Origin: an uncultured Clostridia bacterium
GTDB lineage: Bacteria; CAYTYR01; UBA6262
Direction of reading: 5' to 3'
DNA: 20,000 bases
NCBI GenBank assembly: GCA_964441745.1
Contig: CAYTYR010000002.1
Location: 106,325 to 126,324, forward strand
A model generated the notes under the pieces. That model made no database searches. It saw only the letters and a program-made list of their open reading frames with translations, and was not told the DNA's origin. The position numbers and the translations under genes were made by a program. Positions 7,598 to 15,301 of this stretch are shown here, in pieces (the first letter of the stretch is position 1; the number at the start of each line of letters is the position of its first letter).

Positions 7598-9214
7598 ATG
7601 AAAAGTAGAATTTTTTTAATTATTTTTACTCTAACTGTAATCTGTCCGCTGTCCGCTGTCCGCTGTGTTTGCGCTGCTAACTTCGACGAACAGCATCCCA
7701 CTGCCCGTACTGCCGGCATGGGTGGCGCTTTTACCGGCCAGGCAGATGATATCGGTGCTCTCTGGTTCAACCCCGCTGGTACAACCCAGCTGACCCAGAC
7801 CCAGGCTATCTATACCAATCTATCCCCATATATCACCCGGGAGAATGTCCCCTATTATCTGTCCCAATCCTTTAGTATGGCTTTCCCTTTAACCACAAAT
7901 AATGCTTTGGGCTTTGGCTGGAACAATTATCGGGTCAATTATACCTACCAGGAAAATACACTGCTGATGAATTATTCCCAGAAAATCAATCCATTTATCC
8001 CTTGGGAAATCAATGACCTGTCTTTTGGCTTGAACCTCAAAGGCCTCTTCTATGCGCCCAGTGGAGCTGGAGAGGATATTTTTGATTCCCTTTCTGGCGG
8101 TGACAAGGCCAGGAACGCTTTAGGAATTGATGCTGGTGTGCGCTATAAGATCAACACGGCGCTTAATTTTGGCCTTTCTTCTATGAATATCAATGAACCT
8201 GCGGTGCATATCACTGATCAGTATCAGCGTCTGCCCATCCAAACCAGGATAGGTCTTTCCTATAAAGTGCCCATGCCCGAAGCTCTCAAGAACATCGGTA
8301 TCGAGCAAATCACTGCCAATCTCGATGGGATCCTGGCCCAGGCTGAATGGGAGTCCAATATCGGAACGGAATTATCCCTGTTCAATAATGCCATTGCCTT
8401 GCGCGGAGGAGCTAATTCAACTGAAGCGTCTGCCGGGCTTGGCCTGGGGAGCATACAAACAAAGAAATTTGCCTTTGCGTTGGATTACGCATTTATCTAT
8501 GGCTACGGCCGGGACTTGCGTGACCGCCAGCATATAATATCCATCAATGTCAGCCGCCTGCTCACCAAGAAACCAGAAACAGTAGAGACGCCGGAAGAAG
8601 AAGTATCACCTTACCGTTTAGGGCCGGATGACGTCCTGCAGATCATTACCCGCAATCATGATGAATTTAGCGGCAAATTCGCAGTCGATCCCTATGGCAA
8701 GATCTTGATCCCGATGATCGGCGAGATCAAAGCCGAGGATCTGACCCGTGAAGAATTCACTGATGTCTTGAGAGAAGAAATCGGCAAATATGTCGAAGAA
8801 GCCAATGTCATAGTCTCTATTATCCAATACCGCAGTAAGGTGGTATATATCCTGGGTGAAGTGCGCACCCCTGGCAAATACCCGGTGGAAGGCGATTCTA
8901 TCGCCCTGCGCGACGCTATTGCCGCCGCCGGTTTCCCGACTGGCCTGGCTGCCACCTGGAGAGTCTACATTATTAAGCCCAGGACTGTCCGCCCCAGCTA
9001 CAAAATAGTGAACTTATACAAAATACTTTATCGCGGCAAGATGAAAAATAACATCATGATCACTCCTGGTGACATTGTCTATGTGCCGTCTACCATGCTG
9101 GGCAAGCTGGCTAACAGCCTGAGCCATTTGCTTGATCCATTCTATAAGACCAGGAGCCTGGTTACGCCATTATCAACACCGACGCCATTAGTCGATGAGG
9201 ATACAACGAACTAA
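7598..9214 (+). CDS. Fusion of an N-terminal PorV/PorQ-like outer-membrane beta-barrel with a C-terminal Wza/OPX polysaccharide export module (Poly_export plus SLBB)
   Basis: Signal peptide, then ARTAGMGGAFTGQADDIGALWFNPAG and ...ALRGG...LDYAF...QHIISINV (barrel), then linker KKPETVETPEEEVSP. From aa ~339: YRLGPDDVLQI, VDPYGKILIPMIGEIKAEDLT, VYILGEVRTPGKY and ITPGDIVYVP. Confidence 0.8.
   Translation: MKSRIFLIIFTLTVICPLSAVRCVCAANFDEQHPTARTAGMGGAFTGQADDIGALWFNPAGTTQLTQTQAIYTNLSPYITRENVPYYLSQSFSMAFPLTTNNALGFGWNNYRVNYTYQENTLLMNYSQKINPFIPWEINDLSFGLNLKGLFYAPSGAGEDIFDSLSGGDKARNALGIDAGVRYKINTALNFGLSSMNINEPAVHITDQYQRLPIQTRIGLSYKVPMPEALKNIGIEQITANLDGILAQAEWESNIGTELSLFNNAIALRGGANSTEASAGLGLGSIQTKKFAFALDYAFIYGYGRDLRDRQHIISINVSRLLTKKPETVETPEEEVSPYRLGPDDVLQIITRNHDEFSGKFAVDPYGKILIPMIGEIKAEDLTREEFTDVLREEIGKYVEEANVIVSIIQYRSKVVYILGEVRTPGKYPVEGDSIALRDAIAAAGFPTGLAATWRVYIIKPRTVRPSYKIVNLYKILYRGKMKNNIMITPGDIVYVPSTMLGKLANSLSHLLDPFYKTRSLVTPLSTPTPLVDEDTTN
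7635..7669 (+). repeat. 7-nt tandem repeat (CTGTCCG)x3 inside a signal-peptide coding region
   Basis: CTGTAAT CTGTCCG CTGTCCG CTGTCCG CTGTGTT. Confidence 0.85.
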
Positions 9215-9217
9215 TTG

Positions 9218-9770
9218 ATAGTTAAAGGGTGAAGGTTGTGGAAGTAGGTATGGAAGTAGGTCTAAAGTTTTTAGGTTTAAAATAATTTGAAAGGTAAATA
9301 ATGGAAACTAAGAAAATCATCAGGAGTTTTTACGATTTAGATGTGTATCAAAGTACATATAATGCAAGCATAAAAGTAATGACTAAGATACTTCCAACAC
9401 TACCAGAAAGTGAGAAATTTGATCTAAGAGATCAATTATCCAGATCCAGCAAAGCGATACCAAGATTAATAGCAGAAGGGTATGCGAAAAAGCATCAAAA
9501 AATGGGATTCCAGAAATATCTGGATGATGCTATGGCAGAAAATAATGAAACAATCGTAAGCTTAAGTCACTGCAGAGATATTTATTCTGATAAAATTGAT
9601 ATTGATTTATGTAAAGAGCTTATAAACTTGTATGACATCGCCGGGAAACAGTTATATAGGCTTTCACTGGCTTGGACGACATTTAAACGGAAGGAAAGTT
9701 AGTAAGTAGTAGCCTAACACCCTACACCTTACTTCCATACTTACTTCCAAAACTTTCAACAATTAACCAT
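9218..9770. mobile_element. Putative palindromic element carrying a four-helix-bundle gene in its loop
   Basis: The left arm 9218-9278 (ATAGTTAAAGGGTGAAGGTTGTGGAAGTAGGTATGGAAGTAGG...TAGGTTT) and the right arm 9711-9770 (AGCCTA...CCTTACTTCCATACTTACTTCCAAAACTTTCAACAATTAACCAT) are imperfect inverted repeats. Mobility is inferred, not shown. Confidence 0.6.
9301..9702 (+). CDS. Four-helix-bundle protein (23S rRNA IVP/S23/Avd-like family)
   Basis: Motifs SFYDLDVYQ, LPESEKFDLRDQLSRSSKAIPRLIAEGY and FQKYLDDAMAENNET. Confidence 0.88.
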   Translation: METKKIIRSFYDLDVYQSTYNASIKVMTKILPTLPESEKFDLRDQLSRSSKAIPRLIAEGYAKKHQKMGFQKYLDDAMAENNETIVSLSHCRDIYSDKIDIDLCKELINLYDIAGKQLYRLSLAWTTFKRKES

Positions 9771-9797
9771 ATTTTAAAAAGGGGAATTAAAACAACT

Positions 9798-11171
9798 ATG
9801 GACCAAATCACCTTCAGCATCCGCGATTACTTAATGATTTTCTTCCGCCGCAAATGGATCTTTATCGTGGCTTTGTCTCTTTGCCTCATCGGCGGGATCA
9901 TCTATGCCCTTACTGCTCCCAAGGTATATAATTCCGCATCTATTATCTATATCCAGAAAGCGGACATTCTTAATCCCCTGATGGATAAGATGGCCATCAC
10001 CAGCCAATATACTGAGACTGTCAAGACCATGAGAGAACGTGTCTTGAGCTGGCCCCGGCTGGTCACTATGAGTGAAAGCATTAAACTGGCCAAGAATATC
10101 AAGACGCCGCTGGAATTCGAAAAGTACATTATTAACCTCAGGAAAAGGATCAATATTGAAATGTTTAACCAGGACTTGGTGCGCATATCCTTTGAAGACC
10201 AGGATCCTTATATTGCAAAACAAGTCGTTGAATATCTCACTAATAACTTTATCGACGAAACCATCCAGCTCAAAAGCGAAGAAGCAGTCAAGGCTATTGA
10301 ATTCATTAGGGACCAGTTGAATGTCTATCGCGACAGATTGGAAGCCTCTGAAAAAGACCTGGGTGAATTAAAAGTTAAAGCGGAAATTGAAAATATTGAT
10401 AAACTGAAAGGGCTGATTAAAGACCAACTTTCCAGGCAAGACAAGGTGGTAATATCAGAAGTCAAAAAAGAACAGAACCCGGTCGTTAGGCAACTGAATG
10501 ACCACTTGGCGAAATTAGAGAGAGAGCTCAGCGGTTTGCTCATTGACTCTACTGAACAGCATCCCCGGGTCCAGGAATTGCGCAAGGAAATCTCCAAAAC
10601 CAAGGCCAAATTATCCTCGGAGCTGGAAAATACCACTTCGGTCAGTGTGGAAGAGAAATCAGCTTCTAATCCGATTTACTCTGAACTGGACCAGAGACTT
10701 AAGGCCCTGGAATTAAAACGGGAAGAATTACTGCAAAAGCAGGAAGAAATAAAAAAGAAAAGCAGTAAATATAAACTGTCTAATGTGAGCGATGCCGAGC
10801 TTTCAGCCATGGACCGCGATGCCAAAGTCAACGAAGCTCTCTACACTTCGCTCTTATCCAAGATGGAGAGCGCGCGTATCTCGCAACAGATGGAAACCCT
10901 GGACAAAGGCACCAGGTTTAAAGTGATTGACCCGGCTCGTATGCCCTTAAAGCCATCCAAGCCGAACATTTTTAAATCGCTGCTCATGAGTATTGCTTTG
11001 GGACTTGGTTTGGGCTTTGCCGGTATCTACCTATTGGAATATCTGGACCATTCCTTGAGAAATATTGAAGACGCCAAGGCCTTCTTCGATAAACCGATAC
11101 TTGGCGCTATCTCCAAGATTTCCCTGGAAGAAGACGCCAATAAAAATCTCAATCGAGTCATCCGTTCATAG
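9798..11171 (+). CDS. Polysaccharide co-polymerase/chain-length determinant (GumC/Wzc N-terminal-like)
   Basis: DYLMIFFRRKWIF plus a TM helix and PKVYNSAS, a long coiled coil with TEQHPRV, then FKVIDPARMPLKPSKPN plus a second TM helix and EYLDHSLRN. Confidence 0.9.
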   Translation: MDQITFSIRDYLMIFFRRKWIFIVALSLCLIGGIIYALTAPKVYNSASIIYIQKADILNPLMDKMAITSQYTETVKTMRERVLSWPRLVTMSESIKLAKNIKTPLEFEKYIINLRKRINIEMFNQDLVRISFEDQDPYIAKQVVEYLTNNFIDETIQLKSEEAVKAIEFIRDQLNVYRDRLEASEKDLGELKVKAEIENIDKLKGLIKDQLSRQDKVVISEVKKEQNPVVRQLNDHLAKLERELSGLLIDSTEQHPRVQELRKEISKTKAKLSSELENTTSVSVEEKSASNPIYSELDQRLKALELKREELLQKQEEIKKKSSKYKLSNVSDAELSAMDRDAKVNEALYTSLLSKMESARISQQMETLDKGTRFKVIDPARMPLKPSKPNIFKSLLMSIALGLGLGFAGIYLLEYLDHSLRNIEDAKAFFDKPILGAISKISLEEDANKNLNRVIRS

Positions 11172-11215
11172 CTCTTGTTCTAATTGATGTAATCATTTCC
11201 AGAAAGGAAATTTAA

Positions 11216-11962
11216 ATGGAAAACGACAATATTCACTTAGGCAAATCCAGGACTGCGGCTGTTGATGAAAAAGTCATCGTCCCCAGTACATCTTCCGGCA
11301 TAGACAAAAGTATCCTGACCTATTACCAGCCCAAAGGAGCCATTGCCGAGCAATACCGCACTTTGCGCACCAATCTCAAGAGGATTAACAAAGAAAATCC
11401 AGTCAAGACCATCGTCTTGACCAGCTCAGTGCATAATGAAGGTAAATCTACTACTGCGGTCAATCTGGCCATAGCTATGTCCTATGAAAAAGAGCGTAAG
11501 ATACTATTAATCGATGGTGATTTGCGCAAGAGCAAGATTCATCTTCTGCTGGGCATGACAAATACCAAAGGCCTTTCTGAACTGCTTAAGTCACGGGCTA
11601 CTGCTGAAGAAGTGATACGCAACACCCAAATCCCTGGCTTGGATATCATCACCTCCGGCACAGTGCCATCGGATCCCAGTGAATTATTGGAGTCCCAGAA
11701 AATGAAGGATTTCCTCTTATCTATGAAATTACAGTACGATTTCATTATTGTTGATACTCCGCCGATCATCCCGCTCACTGATGCCGCCGCTTTAGGGGTC
11801 AATGTGGATGGGGTAGTGATGGTCGTGCAGACCAACCGGACCAAAAAGGAAGTAGTCACCCAGGCCGAGAACCTTTTACAGCAGGCAGGATGCAATCTCC
11901 TGGGCTTCATCCTGACCAATGTCGAATACTACATCCCCAGCTACTATTACAAGTATGTTTAG
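11216..11962 (+). CDS. CpsD/CapB-family bacterial tyrosine kinase (cytoplasmic half of a split Wzc)
   Basis: AEQYRTLRTNL, Walker A SSVHNEGKST, A' LLIDGDLRK, Walker B IIVDTPP, and a C-terminal Tyr cluster EYYIPSYYYKYV. Confidence 0.92.
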   Translation: MENDNIHLGKSRTAAVDEKVIVPSTSSGIDKSILTYYQPKGAIAEQYRTLRTNLKRINKENPVKTIVLTSSVHNEGKSTTAVNLAIAMSYEKERKILLIDGDLRKSKIHLLLGMTNTKGLSELLKSRATAEEVIRNTQIPGLDIITSGTVPSDPSELLESQKMKDFLLSMKLQYDFIIVDTPPIIPLTDAAALGVNVDGVVMVVQTNRTKKEVVTQAENLLQQAGCNLLGFILTNVEYYIPSYYYKYV

Positions 11963-11964
11963 TA

Positions 11965-12012
11965 TTGACAAATAGTCTACTCATGAGTATACTAATCGTA
12001 AGTAGACTATTT
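11965..12012 (+). promoter_or_regulatory. Sigma70 promoter with a perfect 12-bp inverted-repeat operator
   Basis: TTGACA 11965, 17-nt spacer, TATACT 11988-11993. The inverted repeat is AAATAGTCTACT (11970-11981)/AGTAGACTATTT (12001-12012), with an internal TACTCATGAGTA palindrome. Confidence 0.75.
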
Positions 12013-12025
12013 AGGGAAAGGCAAT

Positions 12026-13417
12026 ATGACATTCATAAACAGAAAGAAAGAATTAGCCAGCTTAAGCTCAATGTGGAAAGAACGCCGGAGCCATTTTGTG
12101 GTCATTTACGGCAAAAGGCGGGTCGGTAAGACCGAGCTTATCAAGCAATTCATGAAGAAGAAGCCGGGTATCTATTTCTTATCCGATAAAAGATCCAATC
12201 ACGATCAACTGCGTGAATTAAGCAGGATGTTCGGGGAATACTTTAACGATCCTTTATTGACCAAACAAGGATTTGGTGATTGGCTGGATGTTTTCCGTTA
12301 CCTTAAAAGAAATGTCCGGAAGCCATTTGTTTTCGCAATTGACGAATACCCCTATCTGGTGGAGGTGGATAAAGCTATAAGCTCGGTATTTCAGAAGGGG
12401 TGGGATGAATATCTGAAAACCAGCCAAGTCTTTCTTATCTTATCCGGCTCAAGTATCTCTATGATGGAATCAGAAGCTTTGATATATACCTCGCCCTTAT
12501 TCGGACGCCGGACAGGACAATATTTGATCGAGCCAATGCCATTTCAGGCCAGCCGGAAGTTTTTCCCGAAATTAGGGTTTAAGGAGTCCTTGAGAATATA
12601 TACGATAACTGGCGGTATGCCAGCCTATCTCTTGCAATTTGAGAAAAATCTTTCTCTGGAAGAAAATATTAAGCGAAGTATAATCAATAAAACCAGCTAT
12701 CTCTATAATGAAATTGAGTTTATCATCAAAGAGGAGTTAAGGGAGCCGAAGAACTATCTGTCCATATTGAGCGCTATTGCCTGGGGTAAGGCGAAATTCG
12801 GGGAAATCGTCAATGATACCGGCCTGGAGAAAAACGTACTGAACAAATACCTGGACACTTTAGTCAAACTGCATTTGATAGAGAAAGAGGTCCCGATCAC
12901 TGAAGATAAACCGCATAAATCCCGTAAAGGGATATACAAAATCGCCGACAATTATTTCCGGTTCTGGTTCCATTATATTTTCCCCTATAAGAGTGTCCTG
13001 GAGATTAACGACAGCGATCAGGTCCTGCGGGCTATAAAAGATAGTTTTACCGGTTTAGAAGCTCTTACCTATGAAAAAATATGCCGGGAAATGCTTTGGC
13101 AGTTCAAAGTAAAGATTTTTCCCTTTGAACAAGTAGGCAGGTGGTGGGATAAAGAGCAGGAGATAGATATGATAGGGATCAATGAGAACACAAAAGAAAT
13201 AGTCTTCGGGGAAGTCAAGTGGTCAAAGAATGAAGTAGGGACTGATATATATGAAAAATTAAAAGAAAAAGCCGGGAAAGTAGCCTGGAATTCCGGTAAC
13301 CGGAAGGAATATTATATTTTATTCAGCAAAAGCGGCTTTACGAAAAACATGAAAGACCTGGCCAAAAAAGAAAATGTTTTCTTAGTTCGCCAGGATAGAT
13401 TGCTATCATTAAACTAA
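12026..13417 (+). CDS. Archaeal-type ATPase (ATPase_2) with wHTH and a C-terminal DUF234/PD-(D/E)XK-like domain
   Basis: FINRKKEL, Walker A YGKRRVGKT, Walker B AIDEYPYL, GRRTG, TGGMPAYL, DNYFRFWF and GRWW...EIDMIG...FGEVKW. Confidence 0.88.
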   Translation: MTFINRKKELASLSSMWKERRSHFVVIYGKRRVGKTELIKQFMKKKPGIYFLSDKRSNHDQLRELSRMFGEYFNDPLLTKQGFGDWLDVFRYLKRNVRKPFVFAIDEYPYLVEVDKAISSVFQKGWDEYLKTSQVFLILSGSSISMMESEALIYTSPLFGRRTGQYLIEPMPFQASRKFFPKLGFKESLRIYTITGGMPAYLLQFEKNLSLEENIKRSIINKTSYLYNEIEFIIKEELREPKNYLSILSAIAWGKAKFGEIVNDTGLEKNVLNKYLDTLVKLHLIEKEVPITEDKPHKSRKGIYKIADNYFRFWFHYIFPYKSVLEINDSDQVLRAIKDSFTGLEALTYEKICREMLWQFKVKIFPFEQVGRWWDKEQEIDMIGINENTKEIVFGEVKWSKNEVGTDIYEKLKEKAGKVAWNSGNRKEYYILFSKSGFTKNMKDLAKKENVFLVRQDRLLSLN

Positions 13418-13428
13418 AGGAGCCCAAA

Positions 13429-13788
13429 ATGAAAAAAGTTATATTGCTATTAAGTCTTTTACTGCTGACTGCCGTCTGCCATCTGCCGTCCAGCCACGCC
13501 GCGTTAAAAGACAATCTCTCCGAATCCTATCTCTACCCCAATCCTGTCCGCACCTCCTTGGGACATGATAAGGTGACTTTTGAAAACCTGACCAATAATG
13601 TCATTATCAGGATATTCAAAACTAATGGCAATTTAGTCCGGGAGATCAATGCCACTGACACCACTGGCGCCGTCACCTGGGACCTGAACAACGATAACGG
13701 CAAAAAGATCGCCAGCGGCATGTATCTTTATCTTATCACCAATGACCGTGGCCACAAACTCAAAGGCAAACTCGCCATCATCCGGTAA
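13429..13788 (+). CDS. Small secreted protein consisting of a signal peptide plus a FlgD-Ig/T9SS type A sorting-like domain only
   Basis: RBS AAGGAG and an MKKVILLLSLLLL signal, then YLYPNPV...IRIFKTNGNLVREI...WDLNNDNGKKIASGMYLYLI...GKLAIIR. Confidence 0.8.
   Translation: MKKVILLLSLLLLTAVCHLPSSHAALKDNLSESYLYPNPVRTSLGHDKVTFENLTNNVIIRIFKTNGNLVREINATDTTGAVTWDLNNDNGKKIASGMYLYLITNDRGHKLKGKLAIIR
13462..13489 (+). repeat. Degenerate 7-nt tandem repeat (CTGCCGT) inside a signal-peptide coding region
   Basis: CTGCTGA CTGCCGT CTGCCAT CTGCCGT. Confidence 0.7.
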
Positions 13789-13798
13789 ATACAGTTTT

Positions 13799-13847
13799 CC
13801 CCTGCTGATTTGTCTTAAAGGACAAATCAAAGACGCGGGGACAGGGG
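13799..13847 (+). repeat. REP-like GC-rich hairpin, copy 2
   Basis: CCCCTGCTGATTTGTC-ttaaag-GACAAATCAAAGACGCGGGGACAGGGG, an inverted homolog of 7059-7104. Confidence 0.75.
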
Positions 13848-13879
13848 AGTTTTGAATTTAGGTAAATTAATTTTACAGG

Positions 13880-14251
13880 ATGGATCTATTGATAAAAAAC
13901 GACATTGAGAAAAGGACGCGTAACTACGCTATACAAGCAATTAAATTAGCAAAGAGTATTGAAAAAGACGATATAAATCGAATACTGATTAGACAATATG
14001 TTAGATCAGCCACATCGCTTGGAGCTAATGTAGCTGAAGCCCAAGCAGCTTCAAGCAGAAAAGATTTCGTTAATAAGATGCAAATAGCAAGTAAGGAGGC
14101 TCGTGAAACAAAGTATTGGCTAAGCATAATGCGCGATATAGAAGTTTGCACTAAGGCTAAAATAGCAGAGAACATCCAGGAAGCAGGTCAAATTATCAAT
14201 ATAATAACAGCTATAGTAAAAAATACTCAAAAAAATGAAGCCTATTTTTAG
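13880..14251 (+). CDS. Four-helix-bundle protein (23S rRNA IVP/S23/Avd-like family)
   Basis: RQYVRSATSLGANVAEAQAASSRKDFVNKMQIASKEARETKYWL. Confidence 0.9.
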   Translation: MDLLIKNDIEKRTRNYAIQAIKLAKSIEKDDINRILIRQYVRSATSLGANVAEAQAASSRKDFVNKMQIASKEARETKYWLSIMRDIEVCTKAKIAENIQEAGQIINIITAIVKNTQKNEAYF

Positions 14252-14269
14252 GCCAGGGAGGAAATAATA

Positions 14270-15277
14270 ATGTTGTTTAACCTTAACTCAAAACTCAAAA
14301 CTTATGACTCAAAACTGTTTTTAACATTGCTGCTTCTATGCGCCGTAATCCAACCACGAACTCTCTTGGCCCAAAGCCATAAAAACTCCGGCGCCAACGG
14401 CGCCCAAATATTGGAATTAAAAACCGGCGCTCGCCCCTCCGCCATGGGCGGCGCGTTTGTGAGTATCAGCGATGATTCTAATGCTGTCGCCTACAATCCA
14501 GCCGGCTTGGCTTATTTGACCAAAACAGAGCTTCAGCTCAACCAGAACAAATTATTTTCTGAAGCTACTTCCAACTACATTGGCTGGGTCTATCCCTTGG
14601 ATGAAATGCATGCCCGCAATGTTTTTGACCTGGGTACTTTAGCTGGCAACCTGAACTTTGTTGATTATGGCAAGATAGCCGGTCGCGATAATTTGGGCAA
14701 TGACACCGGAGAATTCGGAGCCAGGGACAGAGTCATCTCTCTGGCCTATGGCAAGGCCTTTACTACTAACTTTGCCGTTGGCTTAACTGCCAGGCAAATT
14801 CGGGAAGAGATTGCCGCTGTCACTGCCAATGGTTACAGCTTTGATGCCGGTATGCTCTTCACCAATATTATGGATACCTTTAATATCGGCATTGCTGCCC
14901 AAAACTTGGGAGACAAGATCACCTTTGAGCAGGAAGCCAATCCTCTGCCCGCCAATTATGTCATCGGTACCTCCTTAAACCTCTTTGATAACAGCTTGAC
15001 CTTAGCCGCTGACCTGAACAAGCCAGTCCATGACTACTACCATTGGAACTTTGGCAGTGAATATTGGCTCACCAGTGTCTTAGCTCTGCGTCTGGGCTAT
15101 GATACCAAGCATGATATCGGCAACGGGCTCTCAACAGGAATCGGCGTTAGTTTGCAGGATTTTGAATTTTCCTTTGTCCCGCTCTCTGAACTGGCGATCA
15201 ACTATGCCTATGTTTCCCGCGGTGACCTTGGTGTCATCCACCAGATAGAGTTGGTGCTAAAGATAGGTATTGAGTAA
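14270..15277 (+). CDS. PorV/PorQ-family (UPF0164-like) outer-membrane beta-barrel protein
   Basis: RBS GGAGG and a signal peptide. Motif GARPSAMGGAFVSISDDSNAVAYNPAGLA, alternating beta strands, and FGSEYW...LALRLGY...INYAY...GDLGVIHQIEL. Confidence 0.85.
   Translation: MLFNLNSKLKTYDSKLFLTLLLLCAVIQPRTLLAQSHKNSGANGAQILELKTGARPSAMGGAFVSISDDSNAVAYNPAGLAYLTKTELQLNQNKLFSEATSNYIGWVYPLDEMHARNVFDLGTLAGNLNFVDYGKIAGRDNLGNDTGEFGARDRVISLAYGKAFTTNFAVGLTARQIREEIAAVTANGYSFDAGMLFTNIMDTFNIGIAAQNLGDKITFEQEANPLPANYVIGTSLNLFDNSLTLAADLNKPVHDYYHWNFGSEYWLTSVLALRLGYDTKHDIGNGLSTGIGVSLQDFEFSFVPLSELAINYAYVSRGDLGVIHQIELVLKIGIE
14285..14319 (+). repeat. 7-nt tandem repeat (AACTCAA) in the 5' coding region, ending AACTGT
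   Basis: AACTCAA AACTCAA AACTTAT GACTCAA AACTGTT, encoding NSKLKTYDSKL. Confidence 0.8.
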
Positions 15278-15301
15278 AGGAGAAGTTTTAGAAAATACAT
15301 A

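Larger units (their letters stand above)
13791..14318. mobile_element. Putative palindromic element (7-nt AACTCAA arms) carrying a four-helix-bundle gene; the right arm lies in the next gene's 5' coding region
   Basis: The left arm reads ACAGTTTT[REP insert]GAGTTTTGAATTTAGG and the right arm CCTTAACTCAAAACTCAAAACTTATGACTCAAAACTGT. The ends are ACAGTTTT/AAAACTGT. Mobility is inferred. Confidence 0.55.

Noticed and set aside
9218-9770. True 23S rRNA intervening sequence
   Set aside because: The flanks are protein-coding genes, and no rRNA sequence was recognised in the window.
6630-14251. Diversity-generating retroelement, since four-helix bundles resemble Avd
   Set aside because: No reverse transcriptase and no TR/VR pair differing at adenines was seen.
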